DNA of 64,000 bases from positions 24,440,464 to 24,504,463 of the forward strand of contig NC_043011.1 of assembly GCF_006345805.1 (NCBI RefSeq), given 5' to 3'. A program made the translations under genes and the position numbers. The stretch is from Octopus sinensis (lineage: Eukaryota). The notes beneath the pieces are model-generated. The model had not been told where the DNA came from and did not search any database. It was given only the letters and a program-made list of their open reading frames with translations. Below, in pieces: positions 1 through 13,783 of this stretch (positions within the stretch are counted from its first letter, which is position 1; every line of letters starts with the position of its first letter).

Positions 1-720
1 TCAATTTGACAAAAAATTTCATGAAAAATGTTTCATGGGTATAAACAGACAGCTTATTACTGGTAATCTATTTAGCATTTGCTAATTTTTCATTTCAATG
101 CGAATTGTTTTGATTTGCTAGAACTTATTATTCCAATTCGTTGTTTTAATTCCTTAGTGTTTCAGGTTTTGATTAGGTAAGACCATTTTATTTCTCAAGC
201 AAAATTTAGGCACTTTGCGCACCAGCCGTCATGACATCAATTTGACGAAATCCGTCGCAAAGCCTAAAATTTCGCCATTTTGGCAACATGCACAAAAATG
301 ATGACAACACAGGTTCACTACCAGACTTTGCTCAGTTTTTCGTCAAATTGGTCCTACCCATTAATATAGATTTTAAATTCTTGAAAAATGTAGAAATTTG
401 ATGAAAAATGTTTCATGGCTATAAACAAACATCTTATTAATGGTAATTTTTTACTGGGTACCTCAGCTAGTTATTAATATAATATACATATATATATATA
501 TATAATTTTTTTATCATATTGAACTGTTAATCCTTAAACATTTTTTCTCTCTCTGTTTTTTTTTTGCATTCTCTCTCCATTTTATTATTCTCAACCCTTT
601 CTGTTGAAGAGCATAGGATCGAAATGGCAAAAACTTTTCCATTCTTCCCAAGCATCAAACTTTTGTTTTCTGTAAATTTGAACTATATGTGTGATCATTG
701 CCCCATTCAAGCATAGTTGT

Positions 721-1018
721 TGCCAGTACTGCTTGACTGGTTCCTGTGCTGGTGGCATGTAAAAAGCACCATTTGAGCATGATCAATGCCAGTGCCGCCT
801 GACTGGCCCCCATGACAGTGGCATGTAAAAAGCGCCAACTACACTCTTGGAGTGGTTGGTGTTAGCAAGGGCATTCAGCTGTAGAAACCTTGCCAGATCA
901 GATTGAAGCCTGGTGTAGCCTCCTGGCTTGCCAGTCCTCAGTCAAAACATCCAACCTAGGCCAGCTTGGAAAGTAGATGTTAAACAATGATAATGATGAT
1001 GATGATGATGATGATGAT
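721..1018 (+). mobile_element. SINE-like retroposon, working family C (GGCACGTAAAAAGCACC repeat units, (GAT)n tail)
   Basis: Two GGCATGTAAAAAGC units, then GAGTGGTTGGTGTTAG..AAGGGCATTCAGCTGTAGAAA..GTTAAAC and a (GAT)n tail. The same body recurs at about 4000, 22630, 30950, 40320, 43690, 49930 and 56620. Confidence 0.8.
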
Positions 1019-1052
1019 ATATATATATATACATACACACACACATATATCA

Positions 1053-1198
1053 TGCAGGTGTGGCTGTATGGTAAGAAGCTTGCTTCCCAACCACATGGTT
1101 CCAGGTTCAGTTCCACTGCTTAGCATCTTGAGCAAGTGTCTTCTACTATAGCCTTGTGAGTGGATTTGGTAGATGGAAACTGAAAGAAGCCCGTCATA
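1053..1198 (+). mobile_element. tRNA-derived SINE, working family A, 5' half
   Basis: A-box-like GTGGCTGTATGGTAAG, B-box-like GGTTCAGTTCC, then TTGAGCAAGTGTCTTCTACTATAGCC...GGAAACTGAAAGAAGCCCGTC. More than 10 copies in the window. Confidence 0.8.
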
Positions 1199-1599
1199 TC
1201 TTTCTATGCCCTTCAGTTTGTCACCCACAGGCCCCCACAAAACAAACATAATGCTTACAACAAACCCAAAAGTGGTGTCACCCCGATAAAGGTGCTGCCT
1301 AGGTCAGACGCCCTTCCACCCACCTCTAGCTACGCTAATGCTCTTATATCAACATATCAACCAACTGATTTCTTACTCTTATTCCTAATCATTAATTAGA
1401 CTGAAGTTCTTCATTAAGTCCAGCATTTGCTATTCTCACTTCTCTGTATCAAGCTATTATGTTTATGTCATTAAGTGACGCTAAAACACTTAATGTAATG
1501 AGAACAGTGCATTGTAAGTAAATTAAAATTACGCTCATAATGAACAGACATTGGAATGATTGAGAATTTGCTTTTCAGCCGCATGGTTTGGGGCTCATT

Positions 1600-2620
<1,021 letters not shown>

Positions 2621-3121
2621 ATATGGGTACAGCACACACCAAAAAAACGTCGAACACAATGAGAAGCGAAAACATAAACACAAAACCAAAGAAATGGACA
2701 TTTTTCTTGAACAACGAAAAAATAGAGTACAGGACAAACAACACAAGGAACATTCCCCTTCTTCAGCCGCCTCTATTTCATCTACCCCACGTTTCGAAGG
2801 TATATATATACATATAAATTTAACATGGGCGTTTCTTTCTTATCTTGGGATTCACAGTCAAATAGGTGGGTGGAATTGCGCGAAAAATTACACAGATATG
2901 TAGAATGTTCCAGTGGTGAAGCTGGGCTTTGTATTTTTTCATAGCTCCCATGGTTACCAAGATAATCTACTATAATAATACTCTTGTGTTTATGAATGAG
3001 AAAGGAAGGGGTGATAGATGAATAAGGAAGGAAGTGGGTGATGTCATACTTGGTAGTGGAATAATGAAAATTGTACACTGAAAAAAAATCAGTGTTTCAA
3101 CTCTGTGCGAATATATATGTG

Positions 3122-3155
<34 letters not shown>

Positions 3156-3299
3156 CATGTATGCACACAATGGAAGTGAGATGGTTCATCTTTGTTCACT
3201 TAGTATTTAGGTTTATTTTTTGATTTGGTTTAATCTTGGTTGGGTTTTTTTTTTGTTGGTTAGTTATTTTTAGTGTTTTGACAGAAAAAGTCATTCTAA

Positions 3300-3407
3300 A
3301 ATTGTTTTTTAACGTAAGCGTGCCCAAACAAGTCGAATGCTTACACAGATCAGGTTTTACGGCCACATCATCCAAACCAACTGGGTGAAACCGGGCTTAG
3401 CTACTAG
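3300..3407 (+). mobile_element. Helitron-like non-autonomous element, 3' terminus
   Basis: Ends GGGTGAAACCGGGCTTAGCTACTAG|T, a GC-rich subterminal motif followed by CTAG and T, as at Helitron 3' ends. The 5' end was not identified. Confidence 0.4.
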
Positions 3408-3780
3408 TATACATATACATATATATGTATACATGAATATATGATTCTGTGCATTTATGTGTGTATGAATGTGCATGTGTGTATATGTATGTGTCTGCAG
3501 AGGCGCATGCGAAATGAACAACCACCATTTTTAAAAGCATTAGTTAAAAAGTATTACTTTTGAACATTACAGCAATGCAACCTCATATCTTTGCTTGTAT
3601 GGAGTTTAAGGTGTTTATGATAATATTAACACAGGAACCAGAAATGAAATCAAAAACATGAGTTTGAAGCAGCTATATTTGCAAGTGTCATTCAGAAGTG
3701 TTTTTAAACAAAGGAACATAAAGATAAGCGTTTTCTTAAAAACTTTCATTTCATATTTCATATATAATATATATATATAT

Positions 3781-3815
<35 letters not shown>

Positions 3816-3989
3816 ATTGGTATCTAGAAGACTCAAAGAGTGACAGGTAAGGCTAAGTGCTATAGAAAGACTGTAGTCAAACTCTTGGTTCGATAGTGAT
3901 ACGAGTAAGGAGTCTAATATGGATGCTTTTACATAGCACAGCCACACACACACACACACACACACATACACACACATTCATATATATAT

Positions 3990-4224
3990 GTGGTGTCACA
4001 TAAAAGTACCTATGTGGTGCTATGTAAAAGCATCATGAAAGCACATAAAAGCACCCAACTCACTCTGTAAAGTGGTTGGCATTAGGAAGGGCGTCCAGCC
4101 ATAGAAACCATGTAAAATCAGACTGGAGTCTGATGTAGCTCCCCACCATGCTACCTCTAGTCACACCGTCCAACCCATGCCAGCATGGATAATGGATGTT
4201 AAATGATGGTGATGATGATGATGG

Positions 4225-4255
<31 letters not shown>

Positions 4256-4280
4256 GGTGATGATGATGATGATGATGATG
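3990..4280 (+). mobile_element. Degenerate family C retroposon with expanded (GAT/GGT)n tail
   Basis: TAAAAGCACC units and GTGGTTGGCATTAGGAAGGGCGTCCAGCC...GGATGTTAAATGATG. Confidence 0.7.
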
Positions 4281-4329
4281 ATCAAATGCTTGTGCTGTAC
4301 ATTAGCTTACTCCCTGCATTGCCTATACA

Positions 4330-4490
4330 TGTGCATGGTGTGCCGCACATCTGACTTTAAAGGGATCATAGAGCAACATGAAATAATGTTTTGCTCCAAG
4401 AACACAACACATCACCTGGTCCAGGAATCGAAACCAGAACCTTGTGATTGTGAGTGCAACACCCTAACCACCAGGCTATGTGCCCTCACA
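4330..4490 (-). mobile_element. tRNA-derived SINE head, working family E
   Basis: Reverse complement reads GGCACATAGCCTGGTGGTTAGGGTGTTGCACTC...GGTTTCGATTCCTGGACC. Homologous to 18605-18890 and 21520-21710. Confidence 0.6.
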
Positions 4491-4930
4491 CACACATTCA
4501 CACACACGTGTGTGTGTGAGGTTCTACCTCTTTGTCCTAACAGCAGGTTAATTGTAAAACAAGTACCATCATATTAGTAGTACTTTTTGTTGGCAAATTT
4601 CTGTGGAAGCATGTCCTGACTGGGTAAAAATATTAACTCGCTTGGGAACAAGTGAGGGTGGGTGATAGGAAGAGATTTTTTGATTGTAGAAAATCTGCCT
4701 GAAGTCTGCCCATCACATGGATAGCAGTGAAGATGTCTATCTCCCACATAAACAAAACTGTCCAGTAGCTGGGCAGTTTGGTATTCAATGACCAATGAAT
4801 GAAATATCTTACCTAAACAGGCATGGGTTAGCATGAAGAGCAGCATCTGGCTTGAGAAGTCCTCTTCACAAAGACTCGTTCATCCTATATCAGCACAGAA
4901 AAAGTGAATATATAAACGATGATGATAAAA

Positions 4931-5148
4931 TTGGTTTCAAATTTTGGCACAAGGCCAGTAATTTTAGGGAAGGGGATAAATTATTTACATTGACTCCAGT
5001 GTCCAACTCGTACTTATTTTATTGACTCCAAAAGAATGAAAGGCAAAGTCAACCTCAGTGGAATTTGAACTCAGAATGTAGAGATAGACAAAATGCTGTT
5101 AAGCATTTTGCCCATCATGTTAATGATTCTGCCTTCTCACTGCCTTAC
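4931..5148 (-). mobile_element. tRNA-derived SINE, working family B
   Basis: Reverse complement carries GAGTTCAAATTCC (B box) and a GACTTTGCCTTTCAT.C..TT.GGAGTC.ATAAAATAAGTAC central domain. Confidence 0.75.
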
Positions 5149-5180
5149 AATGATGATGTTAATATTAACTAATGTATAGG

Positions 5181-5480
5181 AACAGGTGTGGCTGTGTGGT
5201 AAAAAGTTTTCTTTCCAACCTCTTGGTTCTGGGTTCAGTCCCATAGCATGGAACCTTATGTGTGTGTTAGTGTGTGTGTGTGTGTGTTTGTGTTTGCATT
5301 TGTCTCCTTGACAACCAGTGTTAGTTTGTTTGTGTCCCTGTAACTTGGTGGTTCAGCCAAGGAGAATAATAAAATAAAAATCAGGCTTTAAAATATAAGT
5401 CCTGGAGTCAATTCATTCAACTAAAACCTTTTCAGTTGGTAACCCAGCATGCCAGCAATCCAAGTAAAGGATAAAAGATA
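5181..5480 (+). mobile_element. Family A SINE with internal deletion
   Basis: Family A head, (TG)n, then the 3' half CTTGACAACCAGTGTT...CAAGTAAAGGATAAAAG. Confidence 0.7.
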
Positions 5481-5530
5481 TTGTACACCCTTAACTTTTT
5501 TTTTTTTTAAGCAATCGGTATGCCATGACT

Positions 5531-5902
5531 GTGGAGGCGCAATGGCCCAGTGGTTAGGTCAGCAGACTCGCGGTTTCGATTCCCAGACCGGGCGTTGTGA
5601 GTGTTTATTGAGCGAAAAAAACACCTAAAAGCACCACGAGGCTCCGGCAGGGATGGTGGTGATCCCTGCTGTACTCTTTCACCACAACTTTCTCTCACTC
5701 TTACTTCCTGTTTCTGTTGTACCTGTATTTCAAAGGGCTGGCCTTGTCACTCTCTGTGTCACGCTGAATATCCCCGTGAACTACGTTAAGGGTACACGTG
5801 TCTGTGGAGTGCTCAGCCACTTACACGTTAATTTCACGAGCAGGCTGTTCCGTTGAACGGATCAACTGGAACCCTCGTCGTCGTAACCGACGGAGTGCTT
5901 CC
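5531..5902 (+). mobile_element. Young tRNA-derived SINE, working family G, with 11 bp target-site duplication
   Basis: A box TGGCCCAGTGGTT and B box GTTTCGATTCC. TSD ATGCCATGACT at 5520-5530 and 5903-5913. CpG-rich, with a near-identical copy at 63418-63800. Confidence 0.9.
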
Positions 5903-6349
5903 ATGCCATGACTAGGGAGATTTAGCTAATATTTCTAGCACTTTGAGTGACTCAGTAGAGACTCTCCTTCTCTCTTTCGTTGGCCAAATGAATGGAAGAC
6001 GTAATACTTCAATGAACAGTAGCTAAAAAGCTATATAACAAAAAAATATTTTTAAATACACAAGAAATAAAAATGAGACGATAAAAATGGTAACTTGATT
6101 CCAATGTGACCAATTCCAGCAAATTAAAAGATATCCCCAATTACCTTACCATGAAATCACTCTGGTCTCCATATAACAATGTGTATATATAAATTCTTTC
6201 ACTTTTGGGACACTATGCAATGTCTAAATTTCCCTACAAACAGTCTCCAAGTGTTTCTTGCTTCAGTGATCAGAATGTCTCCACCAGAGTAGCATAACAT
6301 GCTGAAATTCAATTAGAAAGTGAAATATTAATCTTCAATGTAGAAATAA

Positions 6350-6423
6350 ATCATGGATGTATATATGTGTGTGTGTGCGCGCGCGTGCGTGTGTGCAAAT
6401 GTATGTACGCGTATCTGTATAGT

Positions 6424-6478
<55 letters not shown>

Positions 6479-6753
6479 GCACACATACATGTATGTATGA
6501 ATATCCATACAAAGAAAAGAAGACACTCATATACACATGTATACTGATATAACTTCTTTGTTTCTCAGGCTGGTTGGCTAGCGTTCTCACTTTTCCCACC
6601 TCCACGTTTTCTCTCTCTTTCCATTTCCATACACGCATGCATGTATGTTTGTATATGTGTATGTGTGCATTTGTGTGTTTGTGTATGTATGTGTGTGTGT
6701 GTGTGCGTGTGTGTGTGAATATATATCTGTATGTGTATATGTGAATGTGTACG

Positions 6754-6847
<94 letters not shown>

Positions 6848-6907
6848 TATATATATGTTTGTATATAAATGTAAATATGTATATGTATAGTTATATTTGT
6901 ATAACTG

Positions 6908-6972
<65 letters not shown>

Positions 6973-7074
6973 TTTATATTTATATATACATATATATATA
7001 CATATATGTATATGTATATATATACATACGTACATACATATATGTTTATATATGTGGGAATGCAAAATTATTTT

Positions 7075-7112
<38 letters not shown>

Positions 7113-7671
7113 GCATATGAAGATACATTAGCACATGTGTGCATGCGTGCATGGATATGTATACATATGTAAGCTACATGAATGTGTGTATGTGTGTTCA
7201 GATGTGTGTTTACATGTGTGCATGCATATACATTTAGGTATGAATGCGCATACCAGTTAGTACCAGGAGAAATCGGAGAAGAAAAAGAAAGATGATCACC
7301 AAACAACCATTGGATTGGTCTATATTCTTTCTTGGGAACAGAGATATTGATTCCAGAAATCATAACAAGAGAAAAAAAAAAAAATGGAAATTTAACCCAA
7401 AAAGAGAAAGAAAGAAAAGTCATGTAAAAAAAAGGAACGGGAGTAAAACAGAAAAAGATAGTACACTTTATATAATATATAACAATGATAAATTACATTC
7501 ATTAACCATGTTAAAGATTTGTATTCCTAAATACAATTTGATTTATATACATGTACCAATATATATATATATAATATATATATATATATGCAGATATATA
7601 GTTATTATATTTATGTATGCATGAGTATACACACACACACGCATGCACATACACACATGCATATATATATT

Positions 7672-7704
<33 letters not shown>

Positions 7705-7984
7705 GCATGCATTTATATATATATGTCTATATATATATATATTATGTATGTATATTTGTATAACTCTTTTTATATAAATATCAATGTCTCTATCTACCCC
7801 CCTCTCTCTCTTTATGAATATATGTGTAAAATGTGTGTGTATGTATATATGTGTGTACATATATATGTATGTGTATACATATATTTGTATATATTATGAT
7901 GATGATGATTTATATGTATATATTTATATGGATATGTATGAGTGTATATATGTTTGTGTGTGTATGTATATGTATATATATATA

Positions 7985-8023
<39 letters not shown>

Positions 8024-8304
8024 CTTACAACTTGGTATATATGTGTGTGTGTGTGTGTATACACAACTTGCTGATATTTGAAAGTAGATTGTGCTCAAAA
8101 AAAATATTGATAGGAACAAAATATAAATGAAATGAAGTCAATATTTTTATTAACTCAGAATAATTGTTTTAAAGTTTTTTTATACCGAGTTTTACACACA
8201 TACACACACACACACTCTCTCTCTCTCTTGCACATATGCACACATACCCATCTATGTATGTATGTGTTTATGTATGTATGTATGTATGTATGTATGTATG
8301 TATG

Positions 8305-8343
<39 letters not shown>

Positions 8344-8640
8344 GTGTCTGTCTTTGTATATGTGTGTGTGTGTGTGTACATATAAACATGTATACAGTGT
8401 ATACATATATACATGTATACATATATATGTATACATGTATACATATATATATATACTTCAATGTCTGTCTTGTCTCTATTTATGCATTTTATATATATAT
8501 ATATGTGTGTGTGTACAGTATATATATGTATATTTATCTATCTATCTATATATATGTATGTATGTTTGTGTACACACACACATACACATACACACACACA
8601 CATGCACACACACACACAAACACACACATACATATGTATG
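6350..8640. repeat. Compound (TA)n/(TG)n/(TATG)n/(TATC)n microsatellite field
   Basis: Directly visible di- and tetranucleotide tracts with short unique islands at about 6545-6630, 7250-7540 and 8070-8190. Confidence 0.95.
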
Positions 8641-8739
8641 ATGTTCTTTTCTTATGTGAGTATCTTTTTAATCAGGAAGTTAATCTGTGGCCTGAGAAAC
8701 ATCAATATATGTATACTTATAGATTTCCAGATTCCATGA

Positions 8740-8944
8740 GATGAAACACCTCCTCCACCACCAACACTATCAGTGTTTTATCATCATCACAACCACCAAC
8801 GCCTCCATCACCACCATCACCGCCACCACCACCGCTGCCACCATCATCATCATCATCATTGTCATCATCATCGTCGTTGTTGTTGTCATCATCATCATCA
8901 TCAATATCATTATCATCATCATCATCATCATCATCAATATCATT

Positions 8945-8978
<34 letters not shown>

Positions 8979-10371
8979 ATATCATTACCATCATCGTCGT
9001 CGTCGTCGTCATCATCATCATCATCATCCTCATCATCAATATCATTATCATCATCGTCATCATTGTTGTTGTCATCGTCGTAGTCGTCATTATTATCATC
9101 ATTACTGGTAACCTCGTTTTGTTTGATTAGTCTCTTAGAAGTAACAGCCAACTCCCTCTCTTTCTCTCTCAAATCATGTCTTTGAAAAGAAGGCATTGCG
9201 TAATGTGGCTTAAAGTTCTCTGCTTATGAGATTAAGATGAGTTGGCCACTGTTGGAATGTCTATCATTATGGGTCTGCTTGATCAGTGTTGATCTGATTT
9301 AAGCAAGAACAACTTTCATTACCGTGTTGATCAACCTAAACATTGTAACTGCTGCCACAACCACCACTACCACCACTACAGTAACCACCACCACCATCCT
9401 TCCTCTGCCTCCCTCTCCTTCCCTTCCTCTTCATCATCCCCTTCATCTTTTCGTCTTTCTCTTCATTCTCATCATTCACCATTGCAACCATTGGCAATAG
9501 TGCTATCATGACAACCACCACAACCATTAGCACCTCCCCGTACACACATCCTCACCATCATCGTCATCATCATCGTCATCGTCGTCGTCATCATCATCAT
9601 CATCATCATCATCATCAACATCAACATCATCATCATCATCATCATCATCAATATCATTACCGTCATTGTCACCATCGTCGTCGTCGTCATCATCATCATC
9701 ATCCTCATCATCAATATCATTATCATCATCGTCATCGTTGTCATCATTTTTGTTGGCGTCATCGTCGTTGTCGTCATTATTATCATCATTACTGGTAACC
9801 TCGTTTTGTTTGATTAGTCTCTTGGAAGTAGCAGCCAACTCCCTCTCTTTCTCTCTCAAATCATGTCTTAGAAAAGAAGGCATTGCGTAATGTGGCTTAA
9901 AGTTCTCTGCTTATGAGATTAAGATGAGTTGGGTACTGTTGGAATGTCTACCATCATGGGTCTGCTTGATCAGTGTTGATCTGATTTAAGCAAGAACAAT
10001 TTTCATTACTGTGTTGATCAACCTAAACATTGTAACTGCTGCCACAACCACCACTACAGTAACCACCACCACCATCCTTCCTCTGCCTCCCTCTCCTTCC
10101 CTTCCTCTTCATCATCCCCTTCATCTTCATTTTTGTTTTTCTCTTCATTCTCATCATTCACCATCACAACCATCACAACCATCACCAATAGCACCATCAT
10201 GACAACCACCACAACCACCACGACCATTACACACATCCTCATTATCATTGTTATCATCATGTTCATCTTCATTTCCATCTTCATCTTCCTCTTCATTTTC
10301 TGCTTCATCCTCACCACTACCACCACCAATATCCTCCTCTTCCTCCTCCTCTTTATCATCATCATCACCAA

Positions 10372-10405
<34 letters not shown>

Positions 10406-11830
10406 TTCATCTTTTTCTTTCAACTCATCCTCACCACCACCACCACCACCACCAGCAATACCATTATCATCACCATCATCATCATCTTCCTCTTCCTCCT
10501 CACAATCACCACTGATATCACCATTGACAGCCCCACCACCACCACCAACACCACCACCAACAACAACAGCAACAATAATAATACTACCAACAGCAAAACC
10601 ACGTATACTACCTCCAACACCACCACCACCATCTTGAGTACCATAACCCTCAGTACTACAGCTACTAACATCATTACTACTAGTACTCTCACTACCACTA
10701 CTACAGCATTAACATCATTACTGCAATGCATTCCTCACTGCTCTTGTTTTAATGATGGTCTTCAATGCATCACTACCACAGCAACTACTACCTCCATCAC
10801 CACCACCACCACCACAATAATCATCATCTCCACTGTAACTTCTACCATTACCACCAACACTAGCATCATTGCAACCATCAATATCGCCACCAACACCACC
10901 AACACCATTAACTCCACCACTACCACCATCACCATCACAACCACTACCACCACTACTACCACCAACACAAACATCAACACCACCACTACCACCACCAACA
11001 CAACCACCACCAATGCAACCACCACTAACATCACAACTGCCATCACCACCACCACCATCAACACCACTACAATCACCACCACTGCCACCACTACTACCAT
11101 CACCGCCACTACCACCACCAACACCAACACTACCACCACTTCTACCACCATTGCCATTGCCACAACCATCACTCTCTCCACTATAACTACCACCACCACT
11201 TTACTATCAATCTCACCACCAACAGCACTTCCACCACCACCATCATCATCATCAACACCATCACCACATCTATCACAATCTCCACCACTGTCTCCACCAG
11301 CATCTCCACCACCTTAATTCCATCTACGACAAACACCACCACTCTTACTGCTACTTCTGACATCAGTGTCACTACTGCTACTACTACATCACAAGAGAAA
11401 TGATGACAGAAATGATTGTGGAACAGTGGCATTGGTAATGATGATGATGATGATGATGAGGAGGAGGAGGAAAAGAAGAGGATAAAATGATGATGACAAG
11501 GGGGAAGGGCAGAGAGGCAGGAAAAGGAAGAAGATGAAGAAGAGATGATGATGATGATAAGTGGAAGAAGATGGAGAGATGACGATGAGTAGTAGTAGTA
11601 ATAGGAGAAGAAGAAGAAGAAGAAGAGATGATGATGAGGAAGAAAGAGGAAGGAGGAAAGGTGAAGTAGGAGGAGGAAGAGATGAGAAGGTGGAGATGAT
11701 GACAACAATGATGATGATGATCATCATGATGATCATCATGATGTTCATGATCATGATCATGATGATAATAATGATGACAATAATGGTGATGATGTCGGAG
11801 AGGAGGCAGTCAACAATGAAGATCATGTCT
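8740..11830. repeat. Trinucleotide low-complexity mosaic, (CAT/CAC/CTT)n switching to (GAT/GAA/GAG)n, with a ~690 bp tandem duplication
   Basis: Visible triplet repeats. The unique core 9100-9360 is repeated at 9787-10047 (offset 687). Confidence 0.9.
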
Positions 11831-12178
11831 GTTCTGCTTTGCCAGAAAAAGGCATGATGGCTCCTGTCCATTTTCTAATCCATCTTTTCTTATTGGTTTT
11901 TCTTTGGCTCAAACTTCTAACTTCAGTAAAATACCAATTTACTATGATGTCTTCATTATTACTTAGTGTTTTCTTCTCTAAAATCTAGACTTATTGGACA
12001 GCTGCAATGCCATTCTTCATATTCAGACATAAAAACATTTTTCTTATACATGTTTTCTTTTTCTGTTTTTATACCCTACTAGCAGATTCTTTTTTTTTTT
12101 ATATTTTTTCTATTAACATTAGTTAGGGTGAAAAGGACAGTGTTTAAAACATGACACTTCTTGATATTCTAGGAGTCT

Positions 12179-12390
12179 TAAGGTGGTGAACTGGCAGAAT
12201 TGTTAGTATTTTGGGCAAAATATTTAGTGAAATTTCATCTGTGTTTATGTTCTGTGTTCAAATCCCGCCAAGGTTGACTTTACCGTTTATCTTTTCGGGA
12301 TCAATAAAATAAGTATCAGTTGAACACTGGAGTTGATGTTATTCACTTACCCTTTTCCCCTTGGCCTTGTACCAAAAAATTTGAAACCAG
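12179..12390 (+). mobile_element. Family B SINE
   Basis: AAGGTGGTGAACTGGCAGAATTGTTAG...GTTCAAATCCCGCC...GGTTGACTTTACC...GATCAATAAAATAAGTATCAG. Confidence 0.75.
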
Positions 12391-12774
12391 TATTTTAGGC
12401 TTCCAAGACTAGTGGAAAAGAGGAAGATTTTTGACCCCACACTGGGAACCTAACCCAATGCCAAAAAGAAATGCCAAAAACATGAATTCTGCTAAAGGCA
12501 CACGGCGACCAGGATATGATCTAAAACTGGGTGATTGGATTAAAAGTACCACCCAAGAACTTAGAGCAGAAACAGATGGAACAAATGTTCCTAAACACCT
12601 TGAGTGTCTTCTACAGCCTTGTGAGTGAATTTGAAGACAGAAGCTGAAAGAAGCCCATATATACATACCTACATAGCTGTGCAAATTGTCACCATTTTAT
12701 ATTTTATATTTCGTGCATGTGCATTGTTGGTTTTTGATGTTGTTGACTACACAGTATAGTAGGGTCAGTTGGGC

Positions 12775-13566
12775 ACCGTCTGTGTGAAAAACAGCACCAT
12801 GACGCAATTATGCAATTTATTCTGCCAGAAATTTGTAAATGACATGCTGTACTGCTTGGCATTCATGCTGGAAGCTCCAATATGAACATTTCAGAGTGTT
12901 TGGTTGTGAATCAGAGGACAGTGCAATCTAAGGACATGTACTTAGAGTGATAAAAATCAAACATCCAGTCAGCATCATGGTGTTTGGAGTGATCGCTAGT
13001 GATGGCAACGTTATGCCTCCTTTCATCTTCCAATACGACCTCAGACTCAATATGGAGGCCTACATCAAGTGCCTGGAGGAAGTAGTGCTGCACTGGGTCA
13101 AGAGGGTGGCTGCTGGAAGACCCTGTATCTGGCAACAGGACTCTGCACCATACCACACAAGCAGGAGAACTCAGTCATGGCTGTCAGACAATTTCTGTGA
13201 CCACACCATGCCTAAAATCTGACCCCCTAACTCCCCAGACAGCAACCCCCTTGATTATTATGTGTGAGGTGCAGTTGAGCAAGAGACCAACAAAATACCT
13301 TGTAACACCAAAGATGAACTGAAGGCAAAGATTATAGCAGCATTCACCAACTTAAACAAGGGGACTGTCCAGAAGAGTTGCAAGAGCTTTTAAAGTCGTC
13401 TGGAGGCTGTGGTTGAAGCCAATGGCGATTGTATTGAACAAATTTACTCTTTAGTATTTCAAGATATTTTTATATAATTTTGATAAATATATCTGTTAAA
13501 ATAAGATGTCAGTGTTATTTTCATTTTTGCATCATTTAGACAACAGTTTATTCACCACAGTCTGTA
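12775..13566 (+). mobile_element. Tc1/mariner DD37D (maT-type) transposase remnant, internally deleted
   Basis: Translation MVFGVIASDG...WQQDSAPYHTSRRTQSWL...(W>*)PPNSPDSNPLDYYV*G has 37 residues between the second and third catalytic D. In-frame stops are present. Putative right terminus TTTATTCACCACAGTCTG-TA. No left TIR was found. Confidence 0.88.
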
Positions 13567-13783
13567 TACATATATATATATTTCTTCATTGTATGCTTTA
13601 TTTTCCTTGTTCTTTGTATTTTTCTTATTTTTCTTAATTACTTCCTGTTTGTATCTATAGCTTCATATCTAAATCTGTTCCTAACCATTTCTTCTCAGTG
13701 TATTTAAGCTATGACTACTAACATCATGCTTTAGTGAATCCAAACAACCAAAACATTGTTTACGTAACAAGGTACATTATTAT

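Noticed and set aside
2740-2795. Minus-strand GAAAC..CTGAAGA as a type II hammerhead
   Set aside because: Stem I does not pair and stem II has an A-C mismatch at the closing position.
5531-5600. tRNA gene (also at 63418 and other SINE heads)
   Set aside because: A and B boxes are present, but there is no complete cloverleaf and each continues into a repeated SINE body.
8717-9890. Poly-D, poly-H, poly-M and poly-S ORFs
   Set aside because: These are alternative frames of the same (CAT)n tract.
10133-11317. 394 aa Thr/Ile-rich ORF resembling a mucin or membrane protein
   Set aside because: It is made entirely of CAT/CAC/ACC triplet repeats that are open in several frames and on both strands, with no domain or splice support.
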